Shown one piece after another: positions 1 through 16,993 of a stretch of DNA of 64,000 nt. Origin of the DNA: Eledone cirrhosa (taxonomy: Eukaryota); the NCBI GenBank assembly GCA_964016885.1, contig OZ024758.1, positions 18,848,001 through 18,912,000 on the forward strand. Reading direction: 5' to 3'. Below the pieces are notes generated by a model. That model saw nothing but the letters and a program-made list of their open reading frames with translations. It did not search any database and was not told where the DNA came from. Numbering within the stretch: the stretch's first letter is position 1; each line of letters begins with the position of its first letter. Position numbers and translations under genes: made by a program.

Positions 1-34
1 AATAATAATAATAATAATTATTATTATTATTATT

Positions 35-206
35 TCGGACGCCATGATTTGACGCTTAGAGTTACGGCCCTTGCCATTAAGAGTTCAAATCCCGCCGAGG
101 TTAATTTTGCCTTTCATACTTAAGATGTCGATAAAATAAAGTACCAGTAATCTACTGGATAATTGCTGGCCTTGTGCCAAAAGTAGAAACAATTATTATT
201 ATTATT
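35..206 (+). mobile_element. tRNA-derived SINE family 1, 5'-truncated copy
   Basis: B-box-like GAGTTCAAATCCC, body GCCGAGGTTAA..GTCGATAAAATAAAGTACCAGT, (ATT)n tail; about 14 copies in the window. Confidence 0.85.
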
Positions 207-1424
207 AGACTCAAATGGCATAAATCATGATTAATGGTTGATTATGGAAGACGCATAATCATTTTCATATGGTTAATAGAATATAATTAATGTCTGAGGA
301 ATTCATCTTGATATTAATTCCATATTTTACATTTAATTAGAATAGTTTCAGGTATCTAAGATATGATGGTGTTAATTAAAGTACGACATCCTATTTGTAT
401 ATTGATATCATATAAATATTCAATATTGTTTATTAAAATATTAGAGCTGATGATTTATTCATATCATTTTTTGTTTCTAACACGTCTTTTGTTTTTCTCA
501 ATTACAATCAATTTTATTAATTCAGGAATGTGTAAAATATTCTATCATTTGTAGCCTTATTGTTGTATAATGTTCGTATATAATTCTATTCAGTTGTTAT
601 ATATTTGTTATATTTTCCCGCGCTGAAACCCAATCATATTATGTGTCCAAAGAGAAAACCAGGTGCGCTTCAGTGCAAACAAACCTAGCAGAGCACTTCA
701 ATCACCAGGTGTGAACACGACTGATTTCTTCCAGAGAAGGTGAGAGAGAAACAGAATCGGAATTAAATATAGAAAAAGGATCAAGGATGTATTATGTTCC
801 AAACAAAAAAAAAGAATGGGGCACACACTCTCTTCCGGTAGGATTTGAAACCAACACGTAGAAAGCCAGAAGCTATATCCCAGAGCATTATATACAACAT
901 CCTAATGACTGTTCTAATTCGGCTCCTGCACATTTTATAATGTGGGTGTAATGTTTACCAAAGAGATTAACCTCACAACACACCATTATATTTTATATAC
1001 GAATACAACTGCCATGACATACATTTCACAATGAGGCATGAAAGTTTAGCAAATTTGGATGATAAATGAGACAAGTTATTTTCATAACGAGATTTTAGAT
1101 AGATTGCTAGAGGGTAAATCGCCATAATTAAAGGATTTCAACGTATTCATATATTTTAGAATTATTTTGACGGGGGCTAATCGATCTATCTGAGGAATGA
1201 AGTGTGGAAATTGCTGACGATTTTAAGTCCTTTATCAATATCTTTTTGTGATGAGAAAAGTGTTTAACTAATGTTTACATCAACACATCAATTATTAAGG
1301 ATTTAAATGTGAACTGCATAACAAATAATGGTAGTAGATGTTTCCCGTAGGTATGAATTAATCAGTTATGAATTATATAAATACACACCAACGTGACAAC
1401 ATCTGAGCCAGAAAAGTAACAATC

Positions 1425-2161
<737 letters not shown>

Positions 2162-5100
2162 ATACATAGTAAATGAGTGAAGGATAAAGTGGTCGGCTGT
2201 ACAATAGGGTTTATTCAAAGTATTAACAATTGTTTCATTTGTCCAGTGCGTCTAAAAAACGCTGATGGCAAGAAGCTGCGTCACTTGAATTTAATTACCG
2301 TCGATACTCGATGTAGAGTACACATAACCTCTACTTTGATTACAATAAACGATACCGCGTATACTTATATATATATATTGTGTGTGTGTCTGCGGAGTGT
2401 AGATGTGGATAGTATACCATGTATATGTAGTTTGAGCTTTGGTTGATCATACGGTACACATTTCCCACAAAAGAAGTTTTCCTTAACGGATATACGTAAA
2501 ACTAGGTATATGAGAAGGGGTTATATGATTTATTTTCTGAAGAAAAAATTAGCTGTGATTTAATGTTTTCGCCGAATGTAACTCCTGAATGTGTTAATGA
2601 CATGCTTTTATATATATATATATCAATGCTATCTTTCACATAAATGTATATCTATATAGATTGATGGCTATTCCAAAGCCCGTTTATCATCAAACTGCAC
2701 TTCTGCTTCACGTTGGAGCAATGAGGCGGCCGCAGGTTTGGGTGATTCATGCAAAAGAGCACTCATCCATTCATAATGGCCTGTATCCTTGGAGTAAAGA
2801 TACTTGAGCACATTTGTACGATTCCAAGCACCTGCGTCAACATATTCGTAAATATATTTAATAACTCGCCTCTCAAAACACAATACCATTCCAGGCAACA
2901 AATTATATATATTGAGTATTCTTTGCATTCCTCAATTCATTTAATTCTTTTGTATTCTCTCAACCAAACATATTTTTCTGACACATCCAAACATTTATCT
3001 TTTGTGAGATACATTCATTTAAACTGCCACTCAATGTTATATTCGTTCAACAACTACCACATAGCTTTCTGATATAATGTTGACTACTACGAAAAATCTT
3101 TCTTCCCATCAACGAATGCAGCCATTCCTATTATTGCACTTGAAGGAGACCATTAGGGCATGTTGCTAGGAGGTCACTGATCCATAAAATGAAAGGAAAA
3201 TGGGATATATACAGCTAAATAACCCCAGTTATTTCAGGAGATTAGGATGACAGGCAGGATAGAGCTGTTTACAGATATCAAGCAAAATTCTACTTGTAAA
3301 TATAATGAGTGAGCATGCGTGTAGCGAAGTGTATGTGTGTAGGATATGCTTGTGGGGGTTGGAATGCATATCACCCCTCCCGCCATACATTCAAACACAC
3401 ATGGTGCTTAGAAACACACGATGGGTTTTTCATACGGAGATAACGCAGAGATATGATAGATTATGTTGGGATGTAGAAACATGTAATTATGTTTTGCTCC
3501 TTGCAAATTAATCCAACGAGAGAATATGTTGGCAAATACAATACAAAAGAAAAAAAAAACTGTTGCTCTTAAAGCAGCTTTATGTATCTGGCATATGTCT
3601 TAGATTTTTATCATAATACAATACTAACTAATATAATTTAAGGTCTGTTTCAGAAAAACACATGTTGCGATGTTGCATTTGTTTACTCTCCAGCGGTTAT
3701 CTTATCAAATAAAATATATTACTACAATACTGACCCATACAATTGAGTTTATTAACAGGAGTACCATTTAATGTTGTTTTGCGCATATGAGACTGTTTCA
3801 TATAGCAGGCATTTCCATATCTCCACTTTTCATGGATGTTTTATTTAATTGCGATGTTTGAATATTGGAATATGTTGGTGCCGAGGGTTTAATTAATATG
3901 TTTACAACAATAAGTTTGTAGCGATTATCAACTCTAAAATTTATATCAATATTTCTATGTTAGTATTTCAATGCTATGTTCCTTGAACTGTTTATTATCT
4001 GGTAATGGCCGGGTTAGAGTAAATGAGAACACATTCAAGAAATAACGTCTCAAATAGAGAAAATAGTATTTCTATAACTAGGCTCAATGATGCATAGGTC
4101 AATGACATCATTATTTAATTGCATATGAGGACAATTGAAAGGATAAATTGAGACGATGTCACTCTAAATACACATAAATACACTTGCGCGTGCACAATCA
4201 TCAAACGTACACACATGTATATATATATATATATATACATTAATATAAATGTAATATGTATGTGTGAGTGTGTGTGTTGACAGATCTTATAACAGTATTC
4301 TATGCATTGTTGGTATCTATCTTCTCTGTACTGATATACACATTATTTTTTTTTTGGGGGGGGGGGGGTTTAATCTATCTATTAGAACGGATTGAATTTT
4401 TCTTTGTTTAAGTTATGTCATTTCTACAATGTTAAGTCACCATCCTTCTTCAGAGGTACTAATACAACAATACTACTGCACAACTACTAATATATTGTAG
4501 CAATATCTTATTATATAGTTCTACGTTGGGTGTCTCGGACGAATACCTGTGTGAGATTCAACCACTTCAGATACTTACGGAATCGCCTTTGCCTGTCGCA
4601 TTTCTGTGAGACGTATCCGACCTTTGAATTCTTTTCTCAATCTTTTATAATGTTACAAGTATTCTCCATACCCGTCACTCGATATTACAATTATATACCA
4701 ATATTGAGAGAATGAGGCCTTGTCTCTTGAACACACCAATCACTTCAACTGAAGAAGTGTATCTACAATCAACAATATTATACCACATAGGTGAATAAAC
4801 TACAATCGGCGTGGTGTTTCATTTCGCTGTTAAACACTAAAGGTTTATCTGTTTTCACTGTATTATTAGTTTAGTTTCTATGCTAAATATATACGTGTGG
4901 CTTACCTGTTTAACACTACATACATTTTTACATGCACTACAAGTAACCCAAACATTGTATTTGTGAATAAAGGATAACTTGATCGATCAAGAGATTTGTA
5001 ATTGCAATGTATTGGAGTCAATTAATTCGGATGGATGCAACTCCTTAAATAACTTTATTCAATACAATTCAAAATATTAAATACAGCATTTTATGTTGTT

Positions 5101-6829
5101 AATACTTGATATTATTACGAAATTGTCATTTGGATCATATATTTGAAGATATTTAATACCGTTGTTAAACCAGCTAGTTGAAAGAATTAAATAAGATTAC
5201 ATAGAATTAAGAGAAATCCAATATGACTCTTTAAAGTAAATGAAATAATTCAAAAGAGAAAACCGAATTAAATTATTTCAGATTAAATAGGATTACAACT
5301 ACAAAACAAAAGAACAAATCATATAGAAAATATATCTCTTTACGATTCAATATTCAAATCGTTCGAATTATTCTTTTTATAGTTTTCAAGAAAACATATT
5401 TATGATATTTGTACAACACTAAGCTTCTAGAATTTCAGAATAGGATTAAAATAGTTTGGAGGATTATTTAAGAAAAACAGCGTTTGTTTCGCGAATGATA
5501 AGCATGTAGTTCTTCATGTTTATTATTCTAACAGTTCGAGACATGTCTGATGATAGATATCCTAAAAGACAGTTATTATTTCCTTTCCTAGTTGCCATGG
5601 TATTATTGTTTACAGTCAAGTTAGGGGATAAATAAAGTCTTGTTTTTATTCTAGGTATTTGACAATTATTTTAACACGTAAAACAAAACTGTCTCTTTTG
5701 TTTAGGTTAGTTTATATGTCTGACCTTGAACGGGTTTCAACTAGAAAATGTATTTCTTTGGAAATAATATATTGCGCAGTTATATATACGAAGGTATTGT
5801 TATTCGCCTCCGAAAACGAATTCCCCAGTTGTTTCATTGAGTGGAAAGGCGTACTCGTGAAAGTAACGTTTAATTGGCTGGAATTTCTCAAGACAGTTGC
5901 TCCATTATCGCAGTTCTCTGGGAGATTCAATGCGACATTAGGTGTGGTAAGGTAGGTCCTGCGAATTACTGGTAGATCTTTTATGCGTTAGCTATGTGAA
6001 TTAGTAGATAGGGCCTTCAACTCACGACGGTATGTTCATGAATTCCAATCCTAAACTAGGCGGCACGTTTGATGTGGATTTGATACTATTCAAGGTTAAA
6101 GGTGCCACTAAGTTCAGGAATTAATCTCATGACCAAACGCTCGAGGACACTTCTAACTGATCTAGGCACTTTCACAGACAAACACACAAATATACACACA
6201 CGCACATTCCCATCTATATGTCAATGTTTTGTAACTCTTATCAAATCCAGTAAAGATCTATTATTGCTGGAGTCAAATCCGGTTGTAGGGGGCGTTATCC
6301 TGGATTTCTCAGAGGAATTTCACCATGGAATATTAGAGTATTTTAGTATCATTTTCTGACTTAATGTTATATTATTCCATTGTGCAGTTTTCGTAAAGGA
6401 GAAAGTGTAGATTCGTTATATTGTTATGATAATCAAGGTCGCGTTTTGTTGTGGCCGGATGCCTTCGATGAATATGAACATTGATCCCCACATTGATTTA
6501 TGTTGATGAAGCATTTTGAGCAATATACAAATGAGGAAGATCTCACTGCGGCCTGGACGGCTTGGGATCCTTCGTAAAAACCAAGTAGTCAAGATGTCCT
6601 ATGCAGACTATTCTTTTCGTAATTGACCAACCACGCAGTGGTAGTGTAATGTATATACATGTAGATATAACAGCACATACTTTCCCATATATTATTTGTA
6701 TTACACCTAGACATACATCAGTATAGAATCTTTCTCATTTACTCCAATCAGTCATCGCCCATACTAGATTCACTTTTATACACAGGAACCTACAGCCGAA
6801 TGTGTAGACGTCTTGTATCTCTCTGTCTT

Positions 6830-8081
<1,252 letters not shown>

Positions 8082-8086
<5 letters not shown>

Positions 8087-8585
8087 TCACTAAACTCAAA
8101 GCTATGTTCAAAGTATTTATTCACTTACAATTGTTTCAGCCAATGCTTGACATCTTCGGAGCATTTTTCAATGTCTATACATATGATTGACCTCCTTTCC
8201 AACGCAATTTGAATTGTTATACAGAAATATAATATAATATATATCACTCCACTGTACATCAATATATACAAATGTATATGTATGTCTCTTGCGTTGGAAA
8301 AGAGGTCAATCATGTGTACAAACATTGAAAAATGCTCCGAAGACTCCAAGCCTAGGTTTAGATGAAACAATTGTAAGTGAATAAATGCTGCTTTGAACAT
8401 AGCTTTGATTCTTGGGAATTCTATATAACTGCTCTGTAGAACAACTGATGTTATTACATTGAGCTATTTATCTTACTGGTAATAAGGTAGTAATACATTA
8501 CTGATCTTTACTGTTTAGGGTTTAAAATATATATAACTATAAAAATTGTTATATATACATAACCATAAATAGTATCCGTAATATT
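8082..8585. mobile_element. Family B foldback element with hammerhead-like motif
   Basis: Arms 8082-8207 and 8289-8422 are imperfect inverted repeats, followed by a one-sided tail; motif gct-CCGAAGA-stemII-GAA-ACAATTGT-A-agt at 8334-8378; second copy at about 44036-44253. Confidence 0.7.
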
Positions 8586-8620
<35 letters not shown>

Positions 8621-8649
8621 CATTTATATATGTATAAATAAATATATAT

Positions 8650-8756
<107 letters not shown>

Positions 8757-8818
8757 TATATGTATAAATATATATATATATAGATATAAATATATATATA
8801 TATATAAATATATATATA

Positions 8819-8870
<52 letters not shown>

Positions 8871-8903
8871 TATAAATATATAAATATATATATAAACATA
8901 TAT

Positions 8904-9260
8904 AAAGTATAAAGAAAAAGAGATGAAATCGAAAATGCAACTGGAGTCTTATTTAAAAAAATATATATATATTTATTTGGTTCCTTTACCGGTTTCGCAG
9001 TTCTTCTGCTTTTCAAAAGGTGAGTTGAGATGGAGGGTCTGTGGTTTTTCTCACATCTGTGAGAAAAACCACAGATCCCCCATCTAAACTCACCTTTTGA
9101 AAAGTAGAAGAACTGCGAAACCGGTAAAGGAACCAAATAAATATATATATTTAAAAAAAAAATAATTCTCCAGTTGCATTTTCGATTTCATTCTTTTTCT
9201 TTATACTTTCACTCGTGTAGGACACCTCGGTTATTTTTCATTTTGTAAAATAAACCTCAC

Positions 9261-9268
<8 letters not shown>
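8904..9268. mobile_element. Family C near-perfect 306-bp palindrome plus tail
   Basis: 8904-9209 folds about CTCACATCTGTGAG (about 9055); tail 9210-9268; degenerate hammerhead at 9093-9130. Confidence 0.7.
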
Positions 9269-9300
<32 letters not shown>

Positions 9301-9310
9301 TTATATATAT

Positions 9311-10245
9311 TATGAAGAGAGAATAAACATTAGATATAATTAATAATAAGATATACCATACCTTAATTACTCCTCGAATACGTAGTTTCGTGGCATATTA
9401 TGCAAAAGCACTACATCACAGAGATATAGAATTTGTGTGTGGTCTGCCAACTTATCAAGATGATACCACATCAAGAATTTCAAAACACGTCCGTAGGACG
9501 AGAGATACAATTCCGAAATGCGGAGGGAGACTCAAACACGTGATAGAGCGGTCAAGAAACAGAGCTAAGCCTCTTATAAACCATGAAAATAATACCACGG
9601 AGGCTTAGGGGGTACTTATATCAAAGCCGTAGAAGAGGTATCTAAGGTGTTGAGAAGTATGAGTATTGGTAGCCTTCCAGCAGTCACTACACTTCAAAGG
9701 TTACTCAACCTAAGGGAGTTATAAACAATAGATAGAAACACACAAGTGAATGCGGACACATACATATACATGAATATATCCACATATATCCTTGAATTAG
9801 TGGTGCCAACCTCAACCGATGTTGCTCTATGAATCACTGGGACAAAATAATCCGAATGGATTAGATTGATTCAGTATTAGAGCTATATAATACATTATTA
9901 AGAGAGAATAAACATCAGATATAATTAATAATAAGTCGGCAGACCTCACAAAAATTCTATATCTCTGTGATGTAGTGTTTTTGCATAATATGCCACGAAA
10001 CTACGTAGTCGAGAAGTAAAGAAGGAGTTTAGGTATGGTATATCTTATTATTAATTATATCTAATGTTTCTTCTCTCTTCATAATGTATTATATGGCTCT
10101 GATACTGAATCAATCTAATCCATTCGGATTAGTTTATCCTAGGTATTCATAGAGCAACATCGGTTGAGGTTCGCACCGCTAATTCAAGGATATATGTGGA
10201 TATATTCATGTATATGTATGTGTCCGCAAGAATATGAGTGTTTCT
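9311..10245. mobile_element. Family D PLE-like element with direct and inverted partial terminal repeats
   Basis: About 9316-9350 repeats directly at about 9900-9935; 9311-9455 is inverted at about 9930-10083; 9752-9935 is inverted at about 10055-10228; GAA-ACTACGTAGT-C at 9997-10010. Confidence 0.7.
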
Positions 10246-10262
10246 ATATATCGTATATATAA

Positions 10263-10387
<125 letters not shown>

Positions 10388-10427
10388 CATATATATATAT
10401 ATATAAATATATATATGTATATATATG

Positions 10428-10459
<32 letters not shown>

Positions 10460-10470
10460 TATATGTATAT

Positions 10471-11314
10471 CCAAATTGAAGGATGAGTATTTATATAGTA
10501 TATATATATATATATTTATATATTTATATTTTTCCATGGATTTCACTAAATTCTGTGGATGAATTTATATCCTGATTCTCTTTGAGATGAGTTTCAATTA
10601 TTTTGCCCATGTCGACGCTATAGTCACTTATATATTATGGAGTTCTGTTGGATTTTCCCTGCAGTGTTTTCTATACCTTTCATTTATATGTTTATACTCG
10701 GATTTTTTTCCTAGAGTGCTTAAATTATTTGTGACTAATCGCGGTATTTTTAATAAAAAACTTCGATAATATTGCTTTTTGCTGAACTCCTTTCGTATAG
10801 TTTTTTTCGGAATGTTTTTGACTCTTGTCTCTTGTAAACAGCATTCATCTCATTCTGACGTCAATAGCCATGTCTTTCCTCATGTGCGTGTTTCATAATC
10901 ACGCATGATTTTTAAACTAGCCTATTTTAAAATTCCCTTTTTGGCATATAAATCTGTGAGAATACTGGTTTTCGTGTTGAGCTCTGCTGAGGATTGAATT
11001 CCAACCGTGACCATCTCCACTGAAAGCTTTCATGAAATAGTCTTTCAGACTATACAGAGCATTTGAAGTTTTTCCAAATTGAAGGATGAATATTTCAAAC
11101 TTTATTTTATCATGAGTTAAGGCTCTATTGATTTTTCCATGGATTTCACTAAATTTTGTGGATGGATTTATAACCTGATTCTCTTTGAGATGAGTTTGAA
11201 TTATTTTTCCTACATCTTACGTTAACTATTTTTCCCATTTTGACGCTATAGTCACTTTTAAATTATGGAGTGCTGTTGGTTTGTCACTGCAGTGTTTTCT
11301 ATACCTTTCATTTA

Positions 11315-11318
<4 letters not shown>
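10471..11318. mobile_element. Family K TA-embedded element with diverged direct terminal repeats (pLTR-like)
   Basis: 10471-10687 aligns with 11075-11315 (CCAAATTGAAGGATGA ... CTGCAGTGTTTTCTATACCTTTCATTTAT). Confidence 0.6.
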
Positions 11319-11356
<38 letters not shown>

Positions 11357-11361
<5 letters not shown>

Positions 11362-11610
11362 ATTTAAAACTGCACTATCAACAAGTGTTTTTTTAGCCTT
11401 CATATCATGTTCTCCTGTTTTATCTGATGAAAACACACATATTATTGTTTGATGATGTTTGTTTTTGAAATGCGCATAATAAAATATATTGAACTCCTTT
11501 AACCATCTTTTGATCTTATATTATGCATACTCCAGTCCCACAAACTGTAGAGTGCTTCTTATCCGATATCTGCATTGCTTTATTGTACTACAATAAAACT
11601 CACCTCCTAC

Positions 11611-11612
<2 letters not shown>
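11357..11612 (+). mobile_element. Family E element, single-arm copy
   Basis: Near-identical to the arms of 41112-41523; (TA)n on both sides. Confidence 0.8.
11418..11484 (+). ncRNA. Type-I hammerhead ribozyme motif (family E)
   Basis: TTTTAT-CTGATGA-aaacacac..gtttgttttt-GAA-ATGCGCAT-A-ATAAAA: intact core, 6-bp stem I, palindromic stem III, AUA cleavage triplet. Confidence 0.8.
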
Positions 11613-11647
<35 letters not shown>

Positions 11648-11684
11648 TATATATATAAATATATATATATAATAATATATATAT

Positions 11685-11743
<59 letters not shown>

Positions 11744-11744
11744 A

Positions 11745-11846
<102 letters not shown>

Positions 11847-11879
11847 TATATATAAATATATATGTATAATAATATATAT

Positions 11880-11968
<89 letters not shown>

Positions 11969-11969
<1 letters not shown>

Positions 11970-12211
11970 GTAAAGTTATATTTAACATTGTTGGGTTATA
12001 ACTAGTAAATACTTATAACTGATATAAAAGCACTCGACAAATATTTGGAGTATATTTACAATATTAAATAAATGGAAAACTATATTTATAAAACCATATT
12101 TATTTCATTATATATATTTCGGGGATATCATATTGACAATATGCTATGCCTTCATCAGACAAAATACAATATATATATGGTTTTATAAATATAGTTTTCC
12201 ATTTATTTAAT

Positions 12212-12217
<6 letters not shown>
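11969..12217. mobile_element. Family F foldback element, copy 1
   Basis: Long tail arm plus short inverted arm ending AATATTGTA; homologous to copies at 34478, 49331 and 62693. Confidence 0.8.
12102..12165 (-). ncRNA. Type-I hammerhead ribozyme motif (family F)
   Basis: Minus strand ATTTTGT-CTGATGA-aggcatagcatattgtcaatatgatatcccc-GAA-ATATATAT-A-ATGAAAT. Confidence 0.7.
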
Positions 12218-13463
<1,246 letters not shown>

Positions 13464-15139
13464 GGCATACTTCTTCTTTTTCTACCCGTGCACAACATAA
13501 TTGACATGCGTGCAAGCTTGTGAAATCTAGCGTAACTTCTCGTGATTAATCATTTCGTGTATTTTATCGCTCACATTTTATTTTATGTATTTCACTTTGT
13601 AAGTATAACTGATATGTGCACTTCTTGCACTTATCAGAAAATTATAGACGCGTCAATAGTTATTTATAGGTATTACTCTTAATCACATGTCTGACAGTTA
13701 AAATGTGTTAGATCATTATCACCAGTTATTTTCAGTTTCACGTTTTACTCTTCGTTGAGTAAATCAAAAAACAAATATTTTAAAGTGCTGCAGATTAAGC
13801 TGGTAATATAAATAATTTAATCAATACTATTGTGACTGTCACTAAATACATAGAAAACGTTTATAGAAAATAGTCAAATATTATTATTATTAGATTTTTG
13901 TTAGAAAATTTAACGAAACACATGAGAAATCTATTCTTGTGTTTTATTTTTTAAAACTGGCATTGCTAGTCATATTCGGTCCCTGAATTCATTTCCTGTT
14001 GGTCAATTAGAGCTATGCTACAATATATATGAAGAAAGCAATACATCAGTGGGGTACTCTGAGATATGTATATGTGAAATATATGTTCCAAATAATTTTT
14101 AGAATCCTCAATCTTGAATGTTTCTAATTATCTATCTGCTATCTTAAACATGTAGGGCACACCCTGGGATATGATGTGTCATCTTTTCACTTCAATCCTA
14201 ATTGATTTTGCGCCGTGTGTAACCGTTTGTATTTGCTTACTGATAATTTAAGCAAAATGGACAGTGTTAAAGTCGTTGGCTAAAGTATCAGTCAGGACCG
14301 TTGATGTCAATATGCATGCATTTAGGAAGCTAAATAATCTATTACAAGTGATTATAATTCTAAAGTAGAAATTATTATTGATGCCTTCCTCTTTTCATTT
14401 ACTTAGATGTAATTGTGTCTTAGCACGTATCGTTAATTGTTTAGATTACTATCGATCGATGCCTAAATGGAGCATTTAGGAAATAAAATAAGAAAATTAA
14501 ACAAAGCATATATCAAATTAAAAATATAAGGAAAATAAAGTAAATAATTATAGTGTTATGAAAACACTTCTCTTCGAGTTAATTTCCGGATAAATAGCTC
14601 GAAATTGCCTCAGTCTTTTGAAAATCTAGCTCATCAGAATTACGATGGCGAATTACGTTTTTTGTCCTTCTTTCTCTTTAATTATATATCTTACCATAAA
14701 ATACTATGAATACAATGTAAATAACCTAAAGATTCTAGTACTTTAAATATAATCCTTGGCCCTAGTAGCCAGTAAAGAAAGAATTATTAATCAAATCAAT
14801 GTCGCTTCAAAAATAATATTTTGCTCTGAAAATGATTATAATTATGTTCAATCTGCCCTACGTTTGGCCGGTGAGCTGAAAATATAATGTAATTAATCGA
14901 AAATATAATGTTGACGTGATAAATCGTCATTAGCGCTAACTAAAAAGAGTATATGGAGGTAAAAGTGAGGGCGCTCTTTCAAATGTTATTTAGGCATCAT
15001 TGTAATCGATTTCAAAAGCTCTGAAAAGGAGATCTGAACTTTGATATGCATGGTAATGACTCACTAACGATTTCAGAGACTAAGTGTTTATGAAAGGACA
15101 TACGTATGCATTTTACATTTACATATTCATTTTATATTA

Positions 15140-15198
<59 letters not shown>

Positions 15199-16937
15199 AA
15201 TATGTAACAGTTTCTAAATGCGCTCATCCATGGAGATTCACGCAATATACAGTTTATTTACAAGTTATTTTCTTTCTTTTAGAGGACTTTGAAACCAGTT
15301 TGTTGTCTTACTATTTACCACTCTTACAGGAATATATACTCAGTTGTATTTTCTTTCATAAACATGGGTATGGCATTCTCATTGTTAGTTTTTTTAAAGA
15401 CATTTTAATAATGAATGGTTAAATGTAGCAGGTGATATTTCAAATATCATTATGCAAAGACAATAAAAATCACCAAACTTCGTTATCTTCGAGTTTCTAA
15501 TTATTAAGTCAGTCCCACAAATTTCAATTAGATTAATATTATAAAGTATGAATTTCTATCAAATAGCATTTGTGTGGAAATGGATAACAGATGACAGGAG
15601 ATATGAATGAGTGTCTTTTCATTTGTCTGAGTGTAAAACTTAATGTAGAATTGAGCCAATTAAAATTTCTATAGTTGAACCGATTCAAAAGATAACAAGC
15701 AATTCTACATTTAATTAGTATTGCTAAGGTGTGTTGGCAAATTAACAAGATCGTTATAGCAACGTACAGATCAGATTCCAGTATTTATATAATTGAACTT
15801 CCATTTCAAGTTCTTATAAAACCAATGCTTCAAAGAAAATACAAAAAGAAATATGGATAACTACCACGTGTCTAATTGTATTTACCTGTCCATGAAATAC
15901 CTTGTATTATTTAAATGTTAAAAATCCACGTGTTAACTAGTATACCACATGTACACGGCGGATCATTTGCACAAGATTATTCATATTTGAATAGAAGACA
16001 GGTGCACTTGAAAGATAAATGAATATATTGAATCATCATTTATCTATTAACTCATCATAGACGTACAGATATCTGCACAAATGTAGCTATAAATGTACTA
16101 CTTGGGCAGGCTAATCAGAGTATCTTTATCTCAGTAACTATCAACTAACTTTAACAGCCCTGTCTTCATGAGGTCACACCTTGTATTTCTTTAACGGAGA
16201 ATAGGTGGGGTATATATCAACATTATTCTCGTTAGAGGTTTGAGTAGATACTATGAAATTGCAACAAAAATAAACATCTGTGCTCAAATGCGGCTGATGA
16301 CTACTTTACCCTTCACACCAGCCAGCAGAGTATAATGAAATTCAGTACTGCAACTGAGTTAATTTAATATGATTTTAATTTTGGTATTAGAATGATGTGT
16401 CCTTTTAATAAAATGAAAAAATAATTAAAATATAAAAAAAGTAACGGTGTAAATTGACAATGTTCACAGTGTAAAATTCTATATTATTTAAAACAAAATG
16501 AAAAATAATTTAATTTTTCCATTGTCATTTTATAAAATGTATATGATGTGTGAAAAAATATTGACGCAGGAAATGAAAATGTTTGCAAATGATAGTTTAA
16601 ATCTGATTTCAAGTGTATTTCTGTCACATTTCGAAATATTTTACATAAAATTGCCAACGATTTCCTATATATTTCTATATTCATGATTGTGCATGCTTCA
16701 ATGTTTATGTATGCAAGGCTTTGTGTATGTAAGAGTGTGTAATATGGACAGAAAAACACTATCTGTTTCTGTATATTTGACAGAGCCGAAGTTGGAAAGG
16801 ATATGTGTGTCTTTTCCAGGCTGTATCTCTGGGTGTGTTTAATAAAAATTTATCGAGAATTGCCAAATATTTCCTATGTATGTGTGTATACATGTCTGTG
16901 GAAGCATCACATTCTGTTTATAGGAGCCATTGTGTGT

Positions 16938-16951
16938 GATAGATAGATAGC

Positions 16952-16991
<40 letters not shown>
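16938..16991 (+). repeat. (GATA)n microsatellite
   Basis: Direct inspection. Confidence 0.9.

Positions 16992-16993
<2 letters not shown>

Noticed and set aside
2668-3190. 86-aa minus-strand ORF and upstream sequence as a host exon or LINE fragment
   Set aside because: Looks like decayed coding sequence with upstream stops, but I recognise no motif; needs BLASTx.
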